Shown: in pieces, positions 11,574-21,085 of the stretch
Position numbering within the stretch: the first letter of the stretch is position 1
How the letters are laid out: every line of letters begins with the position of its first letter
Source: an uncultured Thermoplasmatales archaeon
Lineage (GTDB): Archaea > Thermoplasmatota > E2 > UBA202 > DSCA01
Assembly (NCBI GenBank): GCA_964514975.1
Contig: CAZESS010000003.1
Coordinates: 61,334 to 125,333, forward strand
Direction of reading: 5' to 3'
Length of the DNA: 64,000 nucleotides
Notes under the pieces: generated by a model
Databases searched by the model: none
Seen by the model: only the letters and a program-made list of their open reading frames with translations
Told to the model about the DNA's origin: nothing
Made by a program: the position numbers and the translations under genes

Positions 11574-12416
11574 TCATAAGCCTTTCCGTGCCGCGAGCAG
11601 GCCGCTGCCACGGCGGCGCTTGGGCGACAGCGCTATCGAGACGGCAAACCCGCTTGCTGAGACGATGACGATGGACGCCCCGATGGGAAAATCGGTGAGC
11701 AGGGAGAGCACGAAGCCGGCAATGCAGCTGACGATGCCGATGAGAGATGAAGCGGTGACGATTTTTTTGAAGTCGTAGAAAAACTGGTAGGCCGTCGATG
11801 TCGGGTTGACGATGAGCGCGAACACCAGCAGCCCGCCGACAAGGCGGAGGGAAAGCGAGACCGCGGCGGCGGTGAAAAACAGGATGACAAAGTAAAACGC
11901 GGTGGTGTTGACCCCGGCGGCTTCGGCCAGCTTCCGGTGGAAGAGCACCGCCACGATTTCCTTGTAAAAGAGGATGGTGAACGCTGTGAGGGCCGCGGCC
12001 AGCAGCGCCAGGAGCAGCACCATCTCGTGGGTGACGGCGAAGATGCTTCCCCAGAGGATGCGGAGCGCCGTACCCGAGGCAGCCTGCCCGGGTATCATGC
12101 TCAGGAAGATGAACGCAAGGGCGATGGTCGCCGAAAACAGAAAGCCGATAATCACGTTGCTTTCCAGCCTGGCTTTTTCACCCAGCGGGCCGATGAGCAT
12201 AGCGGTACCCAGTGAAAAAGCGACTGCGCCGATGAGCGGGTCGATGGCGGCCATGATGCCGAAGGCGGCGCCGGCGAAGGCAGCATGGGACATGCAGTAT
12301 CCGATCGAGGACAGGTTCATCCGGACGACGAAGATGCCGACGGTCGAGCAGACGAAGCCTGCAAGCACCGCCGCGGCTATCGAGGTGAGCAGCAGCGCCG
12401 GGGGAAGCGCGATCAT
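11574..12416 (-). CDS. Metal ABC transporter permease (ABC-3 / ZnuB-MntB family)
   Basis: Eight TM segments of ABC-3 type. The start ATG overlaps the upstream ATPase stop (ATGA). Confidence 0.85.
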   Translation of the reverse strand: MIALPPALLLTSIAAAVLAGFVCSTVGIFVVRMNLSSIGYCMSHAAFAGAAFGIMAAIDPLIGAVAFSLGTAMLIGPLGEKARLESNVIIGFLFSATIALAFIFLSMIPGQAASGTALRILWGSIFAVTHEMVLLLALLAAALTAFTILFYKEIVAVLFHRKLAEAAGVNTTAFYFVILFFTAAAVSLSLRLVGGLLVFALIVNPTSTAYQFFYDFKKIVTASSLIGIVSCIAGFVLSLLTDFPIGASIVIVSASGFAVSIALSPKRRRGSGLLAARKGL

Positions 12417-13171
12417 GCTGCGTCCTGCTCCCAAAAAATACGTGACACCATAGCCGACGACATCATTTCGTCTCTGGTGCCCTGCATCACGATGCGGCCG
12501 CTGTCCATGACGACGACGCGGGAACATGCAGTGGGGATGGACTGCAGGTCGTGGGAGACCATTATCACGGTGACACCGTCGTGCTCGTTTACATCGCTGA
12601 TAATCTCGGCCATCTGACGCCTTGCGGAGATGTCCAGGTGCGAGAACGGTTCGTCGAGGAGGAGCAGCGATGGCTCCTGGGCGAGGGCTCTGGCGAGCAG
12701 GAGCTTCTGGAACTCGCCGCCGGACATTTTGCCCACCGGACGGGTGGCAAATGCGCTCATGCCGACCAGCTCCATTTTTTCCTGGACCACCTGCCGGTCG
12801 TGCTGCCGTGGAAACCGGAGGAGACCTATTTTTCCCGTGCGGCCGGTCATCACCACGTCTCGGGCCAGGAACGGGTCGCGAGGGTCGAGGTCGAAGTTTT
12901 GTATGACGTATCCGATGTGTTTGCGGAGGGCATGCGCGTTGGCGGTGATTTCTTTGCCGAATACGCGGCCGTGGCCGGCGGTGTATTCGAGGAGGCCGTT
13001 GATGGTTTCGAGGAGCGTGGTCTTCCCGGCGCCGTTGGGACCGATGACGGACACCATGTCTCCACGTTTCACGGCGAGGTCGATGCCGTGGATGACGGGG
13101 ATGCGTTCTCCCTCGTAGATGGTGGCTATGTCGTGGAGTTCGACCGCCGGCTCGCCGCTGATGTCATGCAT
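12413..13171 (-). CDS. Metal ABC transporter ATP-binding protein (ZnuC-like)
   Basis: Walker A GPNGAGKTT, ABC signature LSGGEFQKLLLAR, Walker B LLLLDEP. Confidence 0.9.
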   Translation of the reverse strand: MHDISGEPAVELHDIATIYEGERIPVIHGIDLAVKRGDMVSVIGPNGAGKTTLLETINGLLEYTAGHGRVFGKEITANAHALRKHIGYVIQNFDLDPRDPFLARDVVMTGRTGKIGLLRFPRQHDRQVVQEKMELVGMSAFATRPVGKMSGGEFQKLLLARALAQEPSLLLLDEPFSHLDISARRQMAEIISDVNEHDGVTVIMVSHDLQSIPTACSRVVVMDSGRIVMQGTRDEMMSSAMVSRIFWEQDAA

Positions 13172-13574
13172 CGTTGGTGTGGATGATGAAAAGCTCCTCG
13201 TCGCTCCGCTGGTAGATGTCTGCCGAATATGCCTCGATGTTTTCGTCTGTTACCTCGGCTTCGATTTCCTCTCTGATTGCTGGCCTGAGCGTCAGGTGCA
13301 GCGAGCCGCCGTCGTCACCGGTGAACCGGGCGCCGGCTTTGGCGTCGCCGTGGACGGCGAGGTTTCCCTTGCCCAGCGTGCATCCGGAGGCCAGCTGGAT
13401 GCCGTCGACGATGCAGGATATGGGTGTCGTGATGCCGGTCAGTGCGACGGCGTGCTTTGCGAAGGGGTCGTCGCCGAGGTGCTTGTTGGCGAGGAGACCC
13501 ATCCGGTAGCCGATGACCGCGTAGGGACCGAGATGGCCGTGGAACTGTTTTATCTGTTCCAGGCTTTCATCCAT
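13164..13574 (-). CDS. Small FwdE/FmdE-like domain protein (N-terminal domain only, no zinc ribbon)
   Basis: FHGHLGPYAVIGYRMG motif. Sits between the SBP and ATPase genes of the metal importer operon. Confidence 0.7.
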   Translation of the reverse strand: MDESLEQIKQFHGHLGPYAVIGYRMGLLANKHLGDDPFAKHAVALTGITTPISCIVDGIQLASGCTLGKGNLAVHGDAKAGARFTGDDGGSLHLTLRPAIREEIEAEVTDENIEAYSADIYQRSDEELFIIHTNDA

Positions 13575-13575
13575 G

Positions 13576-14547
13576 TTATTTTCTCCTGTACAGCATGAGC
13601 AGCACGACGGCTGCGCCGGCGCTTATGATGGTCAGCGTGAGCGTGACATCTCGCTGCAGCTTCAGGGCGAGGATGTCGCTTTCCAGCTCGTTGACTTCGC
13701 CCTGTTTGTGCTGGTGGACCGTGATGCCGGAGACGAGCTGTTCGGTGTTGTAGGTGAGCATCTCGAGGTAGGTGCCGGCTCCCGGTGCTGCCCCGGGGAA
13801 GTTGGTGAGCACGACGTGGGAGACTTGGGCGTCGGCTGCGACGGATGCACCGAAGTCGGTGCCGCTCTGCAGGTTGTCGACGACCGCGCAGACGTCGCTG
13901 CTGGCAGCAGCGGCGGTGACGTTGAGTATGTCCCGGGTGGACAGCCGCTCGGGCGGCGCATATGCGGCGGTGACGTCGAAGCCGAGCCATGCGACGAATG
14001 CCCGCTGCCATTGCATGCACACGACTTTTTTGCCCGTGTATCCCTTGCTTGTTATCATCTGCTGTGCTTCCTCGGCGGTCTGGTTTATGTTTTCCTGATA
14101 TCGGGCTGCATTGTTCTGTATGACCTGCTGGTGCGCCGGCAGGGCACCGGTAAGATTGTCCTGGAGTGCTTTCACGTAGGTTCGAGCTCCTGCTGGAAGG
14201 TTCCATTCGCCGAGGCCGGCACAGTTGATGCGTGTGGGGGTGACCCCTGAGGCATCGAGGAGGTCCTGGAGCCATGGCTCCCATCCAAGGGCGATGATGA
14301 TGTCTGCGGAGGCGATGCGCTGCACGTCGCTGGGGCGGGTATCGAAGTGTGCCGGGCAGACGCCGGCAGGCATGATGTGGTCGACGGTGCTGTCGGTGCC
14401 GTTAAGCAGCCGGGTTGTGAAGTCGGCCAGGATGGTATTTGTGCAGACCACGTTGACGGTGTCCTGGTCTGCTGCGTTTGCGTGGAGGGGCGCCATGAGG
14501 GCGGCAAGGAAGAGCGTTGCTGTTATGAGATATATTGTTTTTTTCAT
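13576..14547 (-). CDS. Metal ABC transporter substrate-binding protein (ZnuA/TroA family) with signal peptide and C-terminal TM anchor
   Basis: Signal MKKTIYLITATLFLAALMAPLHA. TroA-like motifs (HFDTRPSDV). C-terminal hydrophobic anchor LTLTIISAGAAVVLLMLY. Confidence 0.8.
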   Translation of the reverse strand: MKKTIYLITATLFLAALMAPLHANAADQDTVNVVCTNTILADFTTRLLNGTDSTVDHIMPAGVCPAHFDTRPSDVQRIASADIIIALGWEPWLQDLLDASGVTPTRINCAGLGEWNLPAGARTYVKALQDNLTGALPAHQQVIQNNAARYQENINQTAEEAQQMITSKGYTGKKVVCMQWQRAFVAWLGFDVTAAYAPPERLSTRDILNVTAAAASSDVCAVVDNLQSGTDFGASVAADAQVSHVVLTNFPGAAPGAGTYLEMLTYNTEQLVSGITVHQHKQGEVNELESDILALKLQRDVTLTLTIISAGAAVVLLMLYRRK

Positions 14548-14622
14548 GGTTTCACCGTAGCAATTTTTCTGTTTTCGTAATACCGCCCGCTATATGAACC
14601 TTGCGGTAGCAACAGATAAATA

Positions 14623-14657
14623 ATGGTAGCACGTTTGTGGGTGTATGGTGCTACCAT
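14623..14657. promoter_or_regulatory. Perfect 10-bp inverted repeat ATGGTAGCAC-N15-GTGCTACCAT overlapping the nikR start; candidate NikR operator
   Basis: Arms at 14623-14632 and 14648-14657. Related C(C/G)GTAGCAA half-sites at 14555-14563 and 14604-14612 lie in the divergent promoter region. TATA-like ATAAATAA at 14616-14623. Confidence 0.45.
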
Positions 14658-15075
14658 GACCGTCCAGCGGGTCGGTGTCTCCTTCGAGCCGGAGCTGCTC
14701 GAACAGTTCGACAACGTGATAGCAAAAAAGGGCTACGCCAACCGCAGCGAGGCGATACGCGACCTCGTCCGCGAGTCCATCGCCGAGGCGGCGCTGCAGC
14801 GTGAGAGCGGCGACGTCATGGGAACCCTGACCATCGTCTACGACCACGACGAAGGCAACGTGACAAACAAGCTGCTGCACCTCGAGCACGGCCACCTGGC
14901 CGAGATACTCTCGACGACGCACATTCATGTCACGAAGCATCTCTGCCTGGAGGTGCTGGTTATCCAGGGAGAGGCATCGAAGGCACAGATGCTGGCCGAC
15001 CGCATCACCGCCCTGAAGGGCGTCAAGCAGGGGGAGCTGGTGCTGACACCGCTGGCCGGTGAGGCACATGAATGA
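14656..15075 (+). CDS. nikR: Nickel-responsive transcriptional regulator NikR (RHH plus metal-binding ACT-like domain)
   Basis: N-terminal MTVQRVGVSF...NRSEAIRDLV ribbon-helix-helix. C-terminal HLEHGH...HIH...C nickel-site pattern. Confidence 0.85.
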   Translation: MTVQRVGVSFEPELLEQFDNVIAKKGYANRSEAIRDLVRESIAEAALQRESGDVMGTLTIVYDHDEGNVTNKLLHLEHGHLAEILSTTHIHVTKHLCLEVLVIQGEASKAQMLADRITALKGVKQGELVLTPLAGEAHE

Positions 15076-15985
15076 GAGGACAGAGGCAGTCATCAAGATA
15101 GACGGCCTGACCAAGCACTACGGCGACGTGGTCGGCGTCCAGGACCTGAGCCTTGACGTGCACCGGGGCGAGATCATGGGCTTCCTTGGCCCCAATGGCG
15201 CCGGGAAGACCACGACGCTCAGGAGCTGCTTGGCCCTGCTGTCAAAGACCGCCGGCACAATAACGATATTCGGCATGGACTCGCACCGCGATGCGGTGGC
15301 CATTCGCCGGCGGACGGGCTATCTCCCCGGAGACTTCGGGCTCATCCCCGCGGTGAGCACGAGGCGCTATCTTCAATATCTTTTGTCGCTCAGCGACTGC
15401 TGCTCCGACGAGAAGCTCCGCTCGCTGGCTGACCGGCTGGAGCTCAACCTGGACAGGAAGACCAACGAGCTGTCGAAGGGCAACCGGCAGAAGGTTGGCA
15501 TCATCCAGGCGCTGATGGCCGGGCAGGACCTGATCATCATGGACGAGCCCACATCGGGGCTCGACCCGCTCATGCAGCAGGAGGTCTACCGCATCATGCG
15601 GGAGGAACAGCAGGACGGCAAGACCATTTTCATGTCGTCGCACATCCTGGCGGAGGCCGAGCAGGTCTGCGACCGGGTGGCCATCATACGGAACGGCAGG
15701 CTCGAGGTGGTCGAGGAGGTGCAGGCGCTGCAGGAAAAAACGGGGAAAGTCCTGGAGGTCGAGTTCCGTGACCCCGTGAATCTCGACGAGTTCGACATGG
15801 ACGGGGTGACCGATCTGCGCAGGGAGGACGGAAAAATCATGCTGACCATCCATGAAAACCTCGACCGGGTCGTCAAGACGGTGTCCGGCCACAAAATCCT
15901 GAACATGCAGCTTTACACCTACAGCCTCGAGCAGCTCTTCCTGAAATACTACGGCGAGGAAGACAGGACGGAGGGTGAACCATGA
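15068..15985 (+). CDS. ABC-2 type transporter ATP-binding protein
   Basis: Walker A GPNGAGKTT, LSKGNRQKV signature, IIMDEP Walker B. Overlaps nikR 3' end (cotranscribed). Confidence 0.9.
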   Translation: MNERTEAVIKIDGLTKHYGDVVGVQDLSLDVHRGEIMGFLGPNGAGKTTTLRSCLALLSKTAGTITIFGMDSHRDAVAIRRRTGYLPGDFGLIPAVSTRRYLQYLLSLSDCCSDEKLRSLADRLELNLDRKTNELSKGNRQKVGIIQALMAGQDLIIMDEPTSGLDPLMQQEVYRIMREEQQDGKTIFMSSHILAEAEQVCDRVAIIRNGRLEVVEEVQALQEKTGKVLEVEFRDPVNLDEFDMDGVTDLRREDGKIMLTIHENLDRVVKTVSGHKILNMQLYTYSLEQLFLKYYGEEDRTEGEP

Positions 15986-17100
15986 AGGGGCGCATGGCGG
16001 CCATGGAGCTCCGGTCGGGCTGGAAGGGGCTGGCCATGTTCGGCGTGCTCGTGCTCCTGGTGTCGGCAGGCATGCCCCAGATACTGCCGGCCTACCGCGA
16101 GTCGTTCACCGAGGACCTGGAGGGGGCAAACCGCGTCCACATCGAGGTGCCGGAGCAGCAGGACGCCATGATAAACCTGTCCTGGGAACCGGTCGAAAAC
16201 GCAACTGGCTACGTGGTGCTCGAGGACAACTCGTCGGCGTTTCTGACCTCCCGGGTACAGTACTTCGGCAACATGACGAACATTTCATTTCCCATGAACT
16301 TCGAAGAAAAACGGTACTATGCGGTCATGGCCATCCACACCAACGTGAGCAACGCCTCATGGATGGACCTGCTGTCGGCGCAGCGGCAGCTCGTCGGCAT
16401 CGCCGCGACCGGCACGCCGGACAACCCGTTCGAGGAGCTCATGGACAACCCCGCATACCAGGGATTTTCCCGCGGCCGGGCAATCAATCCCCTCGAGGTG
16501 AAAGGTTTCATCATCCTCGAGTTTTTCAGCTGGTGGTGGATGCTCGCCGGGCTGTTCATAGCCTATCTCTCCGTATCGGTCATCGCCGGCGACTTCGAAA
16601 ACCGGCGCATGGACATCTTTCTCTCAACGCCCATCTCCCGCCGCCGGTACATCCTGGAAAAATTCCTGTCCCTGGCGCTCATCGCCCTGTATGTCATCGG
16701 GGTTGCCACCGCCGGGCTGATAGCCGGGGTTGCCAGCATCGGTGCCCTTGACAAGCTGCCGCCACATGCCGCGTTTCTGTCGCTGTTCGGCTGTTTCCCG
16801 TTTCTGCTGGTCATCGCCACCGTCGGCATCCTGAGCGCCGTCACATTCCAGAAGGTCAAGGTGGGCATGGGCGTGACCTTCGCCGCGGTGTTCGCCCAGT
16901 TTTTCCTGTACACCTTCGGGAATTACACCGATGCACTTGCATGGATGAAGACCCTCAGTATTTTCAACTACTGGGACTATGCGGCGCCGTTGCTCGACGA
17001 CGTGTTCAAGCTCGGTGACTTCACCATCCTGGCCGTTGTCGCCGGCGTCATCCTCGCTGCGGGGCTCTGGCTCTTCGACCAAAAGGACGTGCCCGCCTAG
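15982..17100 (+). CDS. ABC-2 family permease with large extracytoplasmic loop after TM1
   Basis: ATGA overlap with the ATPase. N-terminal TM, ~140-aa loop, then five TM segments. Confidence 0.8.
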   Translation: MKGRMAAMELRSGWKGLAMFGVLVLLVSAGMPQILPAYRESFTEDLEGANRVHIEVPEQQDAMINLSWEPVENATGYVVLEDNSSAFLTSRVQYFGNMTNISFPMNFEEKRYYAVMAIHTNVSNASWMDLLSAQRQLVGIAATGTPDNPFEELMDNPAYQGFSRGRAINPLEVKGFIILEFFSWWWMLAGLFIAYLSVSVIAGDFENRRMDIFLSTPISRRRYILEKFLSLALIALYVIGVATAGLIAGVASIGALDKLPPHAAFLSLFGCFPFLLVIATVGILSAVTFQKVKVGMGVTFAAVFAQFFLYTFGNYTDALAWMKTLSIFNYWDYAAPLLDDVFKLGDFTILAVVAGVILAAGLWLFDQKDVPA

Positions 17101-17287
17101 CCGTGCGGACGGCGGGCCTCGTCAGGCCACCGGTTGAACATCATGGTGACGTGCTCGGGTCCCTTTTTCCCCGGCTGACCGGGCGTTGCACTGCTCAGCC
17201 GGCGTTTCATCTACGATGGGTTCCTGGAGAAACGACTCGACCAGTGACATATCGCTGTATCTGGAGGAACACGAAAAAATCTGTGCC

Positions 17288-18358
17288 TCACTCGACGGGC
17301 ATCAGCCGGCATTCACCGGCGCCCGTTACAACCCGGATGTAGCCCTGCAGCATCTCGTCTAGCGATGCGTCGCCCGTGTCCACCTTCAACGACTGCAGGC
17401 CGGTGAGCTTTTCCGGTGCCGAGATAACAATAACGTTGTCGAGGTCGACCCGGCGGAGCACTGCCGGGCTTATCTGCTCGTTGCCCCGACCGAACAGGAA
17501 GCCGTGGCCGCCGAGCGGGCTGACGATGATTGCATTGCGAGACGTCAGCACGTCGAGAATCTCCGACTCCATCGCATCGCGAACGACGAGCCGACCATCA
17601 CGCACGACGTCGACGCCGAGCAGCGACCCTTCAACGCCGAACTCCTGCTTGAGCGCCATGGTGGTGCTGCCGCCCCCGATGACATAGGTGACGTCGTCGT
17701 CCATCGTTGCCGCCATGTGATGGGCGATGGCCTGCTTGGCCTCCTGGGTGCCGATGCCGAAGCCCTTCGACGGCTGCACCGCCTCATGCACCGGGGTCAA
17801 CAGGTATCCCCTGACGGAAACCGCGAGCTCATCACGGCGGAAGCGCTCCTCGTCGATGTCGACCACCTCCCGCTCCTCAAGCGGCAGGCCATCTGCATAG
17901 GCGTCGACGACCCGGGCGGCATGCCGCGGCGTCTGCGCAAAAACCGCCGAATACATTTTCACGCCTGCGGGGACGCCCAGCACGGGCACATCGGTGTTTA
18001 TCGACGAGAGGATGTCCCGTGCGGTGCCGTCGCCGCCCACGAAAACCAGGAGATCGACGTCATGCATGTGCTGCACCGCCCGTCTGGTGTCCCCAGGTGT
18101 CGTGGGCTCCCCGGGGGTGTAGACCACCGATGCGTCGATGCCGCATTCATGCAGGATGTCGTGTCCCATCGGCGATGCGCAGGTAACAAAGGAAAACTGC
18201 CGGGTGAGTGCCCCGGTGAACGTGCGGGCTCGCCCGGGAGCGACGGGGGTCGCCCCGCGCTGCAGCGCCTCGTCGAGCATGCCATCGGTGCCCTTCAGGC
18301 CGACGCTGCCGCCCATCCCGGCGATGGGGTTGACGAAAAAGCCGAGGGAGGGCATCAT
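17288..18358 (-). CDS. ATP-NAD kinase-like (COG3199-type) protein
   Basis: Glycine-rich N-terminus GFFVNPIAGMGGSVG and DLLVFVGGDGT motif typical of NAD kinase/DAGK catalytic fold. Assignment tentative. Confidence 0.45.
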   Translation of the reverse strand: MMPSLGFFVNPIAGMGGSVGLKGTDGMLDEALQRGATPVAPGRARTFTGALTRQFSFVTCASPMGHDILHECGIDASVVYTPGEPTTPGDTRRAVQHMHDVDLLVFVGGDGTARDILSSINTDVPVLGVPAGVKMYSAVFAQTPRHAARVVDAYADGLPLEEREVVDIDEERFRRDELAVSVRGYLLTPVHEAVQPSKGFGIGTQEAKQAIAHHMAATMDDDVTYVIGGGSTTMALKQEFGVEGSLLGVDVVRDGRLVVRDAMESEILDVLTSRNAIIVSPLGGHGFLFGRGNEQISPAVLRRVDLDNVIVISAPEKLTGLQSLKVDTGDASLDEMLQGYIRVVTGAGECRLMPVE

Positions 18359-18777
18359 CCGATTTTTTCGATGCGGTCCTGGAGGATGTTTTGCGCCTCG
18401 GCCAGCCGCTGCTGTATCTTGCTGAGCTTGGGGCGCTCATCCGGGGGGATGGGCTCGTCCTGGTCGAAGTAGCTGCGCTCGAGGTTGTCGACGTATCCCT
18501 TGACCGCGGTGACGATGTTCAGCAGGTCGTAGGAGGTCTCGCGGAGTGATTTTATTTCGAGGTCGCCCGCCCGCTGGGTGATGTACTGGGTCTCGATCTT
18601 GTCGAGGTTGTCCCGCTCCGATTTCATGTTCAGCTCGAGATATATCTGGAGGGCCTTGATGAGCTCGTTGCCGAGGACCGTGTGCTTTTTCCCGTATTTC
18701 CGCTGGACGAATGTCTTGAACGTCTCCCATATGTGCTCCTGTTTTTCGTCGATGCGGACGCCAATGGGTTTGCTCAT
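18355..18777 (-). CDS. Hypothetical protein, possible RHH-type DNA-binding N-terminus
   Basis: 140 aa with high GC3. ATGA overlap with the downstream kinase-like gene. GTTTAAATGA TATA about 27 nt upstream of the ATG. Confidence 0.5.
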   Translation of the reverse strand: MSKPIGVRIDEKQEHIWETFKTFVQRKYGKKHTVLGNELIKALQIYLELNMKSERDNLDKIETQYITQRAGDLEIKSLRETSYDLLNIVTAVKGYVDNLERSYFDQDEPIPPDERPKLSKIQQRLAEAQNILQDRIEKIG

Positions 18778-18909
18778 GGTACCTTTTTGCTAACATTCTG
18801 CTTCATTTAAACGTTGCGATTGGTCTCCGCGGCATGCTCGCCGGAACGATGACATGAAGCCGCGATTGTCGCAGGGGATGTTCAGCTAACGCTGTCCATC
18901 CCGTCTATT

Positions 18910-19338
18910 CTACTGGAGAAAATCAGCAACCTGCTCCGCAAACGCCTTGAAGGAAACCTGCCGTCCCACCACCCGGTCCACGCCCATCTGGTGGAGTTCG
19001 TCCTCCCAGCCGCTGCCCTGCCACGCGGTGTAGCCCCATATCACGGCGTCGGGGTCCATCTCCCTGATGGCCCGGGTGGTTTCCACGCCGTCCATCCCTG
19101 CATGGTCCCCGTCTCGATGGCGGTCGATGGTTTCCATGTCCCGATTGCTGCCCGACAGGTTCAGGTCCATGACCACCAGGACGGGACGTTCACCTGCCTC
19201 CATCAGTTCCCGGTAGCGGTCCACCGCCGCCTCGCCCGTCAGGGCGTTGACCACGTCGACATCCACCATCTGTTGCAGGCGCATGCCGAGGAGGTCCTGT
19301 ATGTCCTGCTCGTCATCAACTATCATAATTTTATTCAC
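18910..19338 (-). CDS. Single-domain response regulator (CheY-like receiver)
   Basis: NKIMIVDDEQDIQDLL...VVMDLNLSG receiver motifs. Start probably GTG at 19338 (alternative ATG at 19326). Overlaps the 3' end of the upstream PAS sensor gene. Confidence 0.8.
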   Translation of the reverse strand: MNKIMIVDDEQDIQDLLGMRLQQMVDVDVVNALTGEAAVDRYRELMEAGERPVLVVMDLNLSGSNRDMETIDRHRDGDHAGMDGVETTRAIREMDPDAVIWGYTAWQGSGWEDELHQMGVDRVVGRQVSFKAFAEQVADFLQ

Positions 19339-21085
19339 GGATTTCACCTCGCTTAACGATGTTTTCCACGACCCGCTGGACCCGCGTGAGCGCGTCATGT
19401 GCCTGCTGGATGGTGTCCTTATGCTCATCGGGCAGCTCCTCCATGGCGATGGCCATGTAACCCTTCGAGATAGCGATAGGATTGAAGAAATGATGCGCCG
19501 CCTTCAGCTTGAAGAGTTTTTCCTGTTCGAGCGCTCGCTCCATTTCCTCCTCCGCTTTTTTCCGCTCGGTGACGTCTCTCTGTGAGCTCATGTACCCCCG
19601 CATGGCGCCGTCGTCGTCCAGTAACGGGGATATTTTCATCTCGCAGTAAAACGTGCTTCCGTTTTTGCGTTTGTTCAATATGACGTCTCGATAGGTGCCG
19701 CCGGAGGAGACCGTGTCGAATATGTGTTGCTGTATCTCGTCGCTGTCCGGCTCGGCGTTGAAGATGCCCGGGGTTTCCCCCTTGACTTCTTCAAGCCGGT
19801 AGCCGTACATGTCCTCCGCCGCGTCGTTCATGTAGGTGATGCGGAAGTCGGTGTCGGTGCAAATCATGGCGTCGGAGGACTGCATGACCATCGCTGACAG
19901 CTTCTGCAGTTCCTCCTCCGCCTGTTTCCGCTCGGTGATGTCGAGGGCGGTTTCCACGACGCCGACGATGGTGCCGTCCTCGTCTCTGACAGGGTTGCCG
20001 CGCACCAGCCAGTAGCGCCCGTCGGACGTCGACGTCTCCTCCTCCTGCATTTCACCTGTCTCGACGGCCTTTGCTATCGGGCAGTCCTCGCATGGCTGCT
20101 CACGCTGATGCCAGATCTCATGGCATCTCCGCCCTTCCAGGGCCTCCGGCGTTTCATCCACCGATTCAGCGGCTGCCCGGTTCGCCCATATCACCCGGTG
20201 GTCGGTGTCCTGATACGCTATCAGCGCCGGCGAAGTATCCAGGATGAGGGTTTTTTCCCGTTCGGAGCGCTGCAGATGCTCCTCCGCCTTTTTTTGCCTG
20301 GTGATGTCCCTGACGGAGCCCAGCGCGGCATATTCTCCCCGGTAGATGATGGAGGTGACGGCGAACTCGCATATCCGGACGGTTCCGTCCTTGCTCACCA
20401 CCCGCACCTGATAGGTGGTGGGGATGTCCTCGCCTCGCGCCCGCCGCCGCCCGATGTCCTTCACGCGCTCCCGGTCGTCGGGGTGTATCAGCTGCCATAT
20501 GTCCATCTCGTAGAGCTCGGCTTCGGTATAGCCCGTTATCTCCATGGCTCTTTCGTTCACAAACAGGAACCTATCGCCCCGGTAGATGATGATGGCGTCG
20601 TGGCTGTTCTCCACGATGGCCCGGTATTTGTTTTCGCTTTCCTCCACCTCGCGCTGCATCTTCCGTCGCTCCGTGATGTCGACGAAGGAGGTGATGATAC
20701 TGACGAGGTCGCCGTCGTCGTTGAACTGGGGGCGGGCGCTGTGTAAAAACCATCGTGTGTCGTCGTCCGCTGACATGGAGAGGCCGATGACGGTTCCCTC
20801 CAGCGGCTCCCCGGTTTCGGCGACCCTGTTCAGCGGGAACATCGACGGTTCCAGGGGGTCGCCGTTTTCGTCGAGGAGCTTTCCCGTCCAGAAGTCGAGG
20901 TCTTTTTTCCTGAGTTCCTGCTCCGGGATACCGAAAATCTTTTCGGCTGTGTCGTTTGCAGCGGTTATGCGCCCGTCGGCGTCGTGGACGGTGATGCCGG
21001 CGAGGGCGCTGTTAAACAGTCCCCTGTACGTCCCCATGGCGTCGTGGAGATGCTCCCCGGTTTCATCATGGCCGTGTTTTTTCAT
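19331..21085 (-). CDS. Multi-PAS (4 PAS/PAC) sensor protein with HisKA_2-like H-box but no HATPase_c domain
   Basis: Four repeated PAS blocks each followed by DITERK/DVTERK linkers. C-terminus KAAHHFFNPIAISKGYMAI resembles the HisKA_2 phosphoacceptor. Protein ends about 60 aa later without ATP-binding N/G boxes. Confidence 0.8.
   Translation of the reverse strand: MKKHGHDETGEHLHDAMGTYRGLFNSALAGITVHDADGRITAANDTAEKIFGIPEQELRKKDLDFWTGKLLDENGDPLEPSMFPLNRVAETGEPLEGTVIGLSMSADDDTRWFLHSARPQFNDDGDLVSIITSFVDITERRKMQREVEESENKYRAIVENSHDAIIIYRGDRFLFVNERAMEITGYTEAELYEMDIWQLIHPDDRERVKDIGRRRARGEDIPTTYQVRVVSKDGTVRICEFAVTSIIYRGEYAALGSVRDITRQKKAEEHLQRSEREKTLILDTSPALIAYQDTDHRVIWANRAAAESVDETPEALEGRRCHEIWHQREQPCEDCPIAKAVETGEMQEEETSTSDGRYWLVRGNPVRDEDGTIVGVVETALDITERKQAEEELQKLSAMVMQSSDAMICTDTDFRITYMNDAAEDMYGYRLEEVKGETPGIFNAEPDSDEIQQHIFDTVSSGGTYRDVILNKRKNGSTFYCEMKISPLLDDDGAMRGYMSSQRDVTERKKAEEEMERALEQEKLFKLKAAHHFFNPIAISKGYMAIAMEELPDEHKDTIQQAHDALTRVQRVVENIVKRGEIRE

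Noticed and set aside
17103-17342. 79-aa ORF in the convergent gap between the ABC-2 permease and the kinase-like gene
   Set aside because: Mediocre GC3; overlaps the 3' end of the kinase-like gene on the opposite strand; no motifs.
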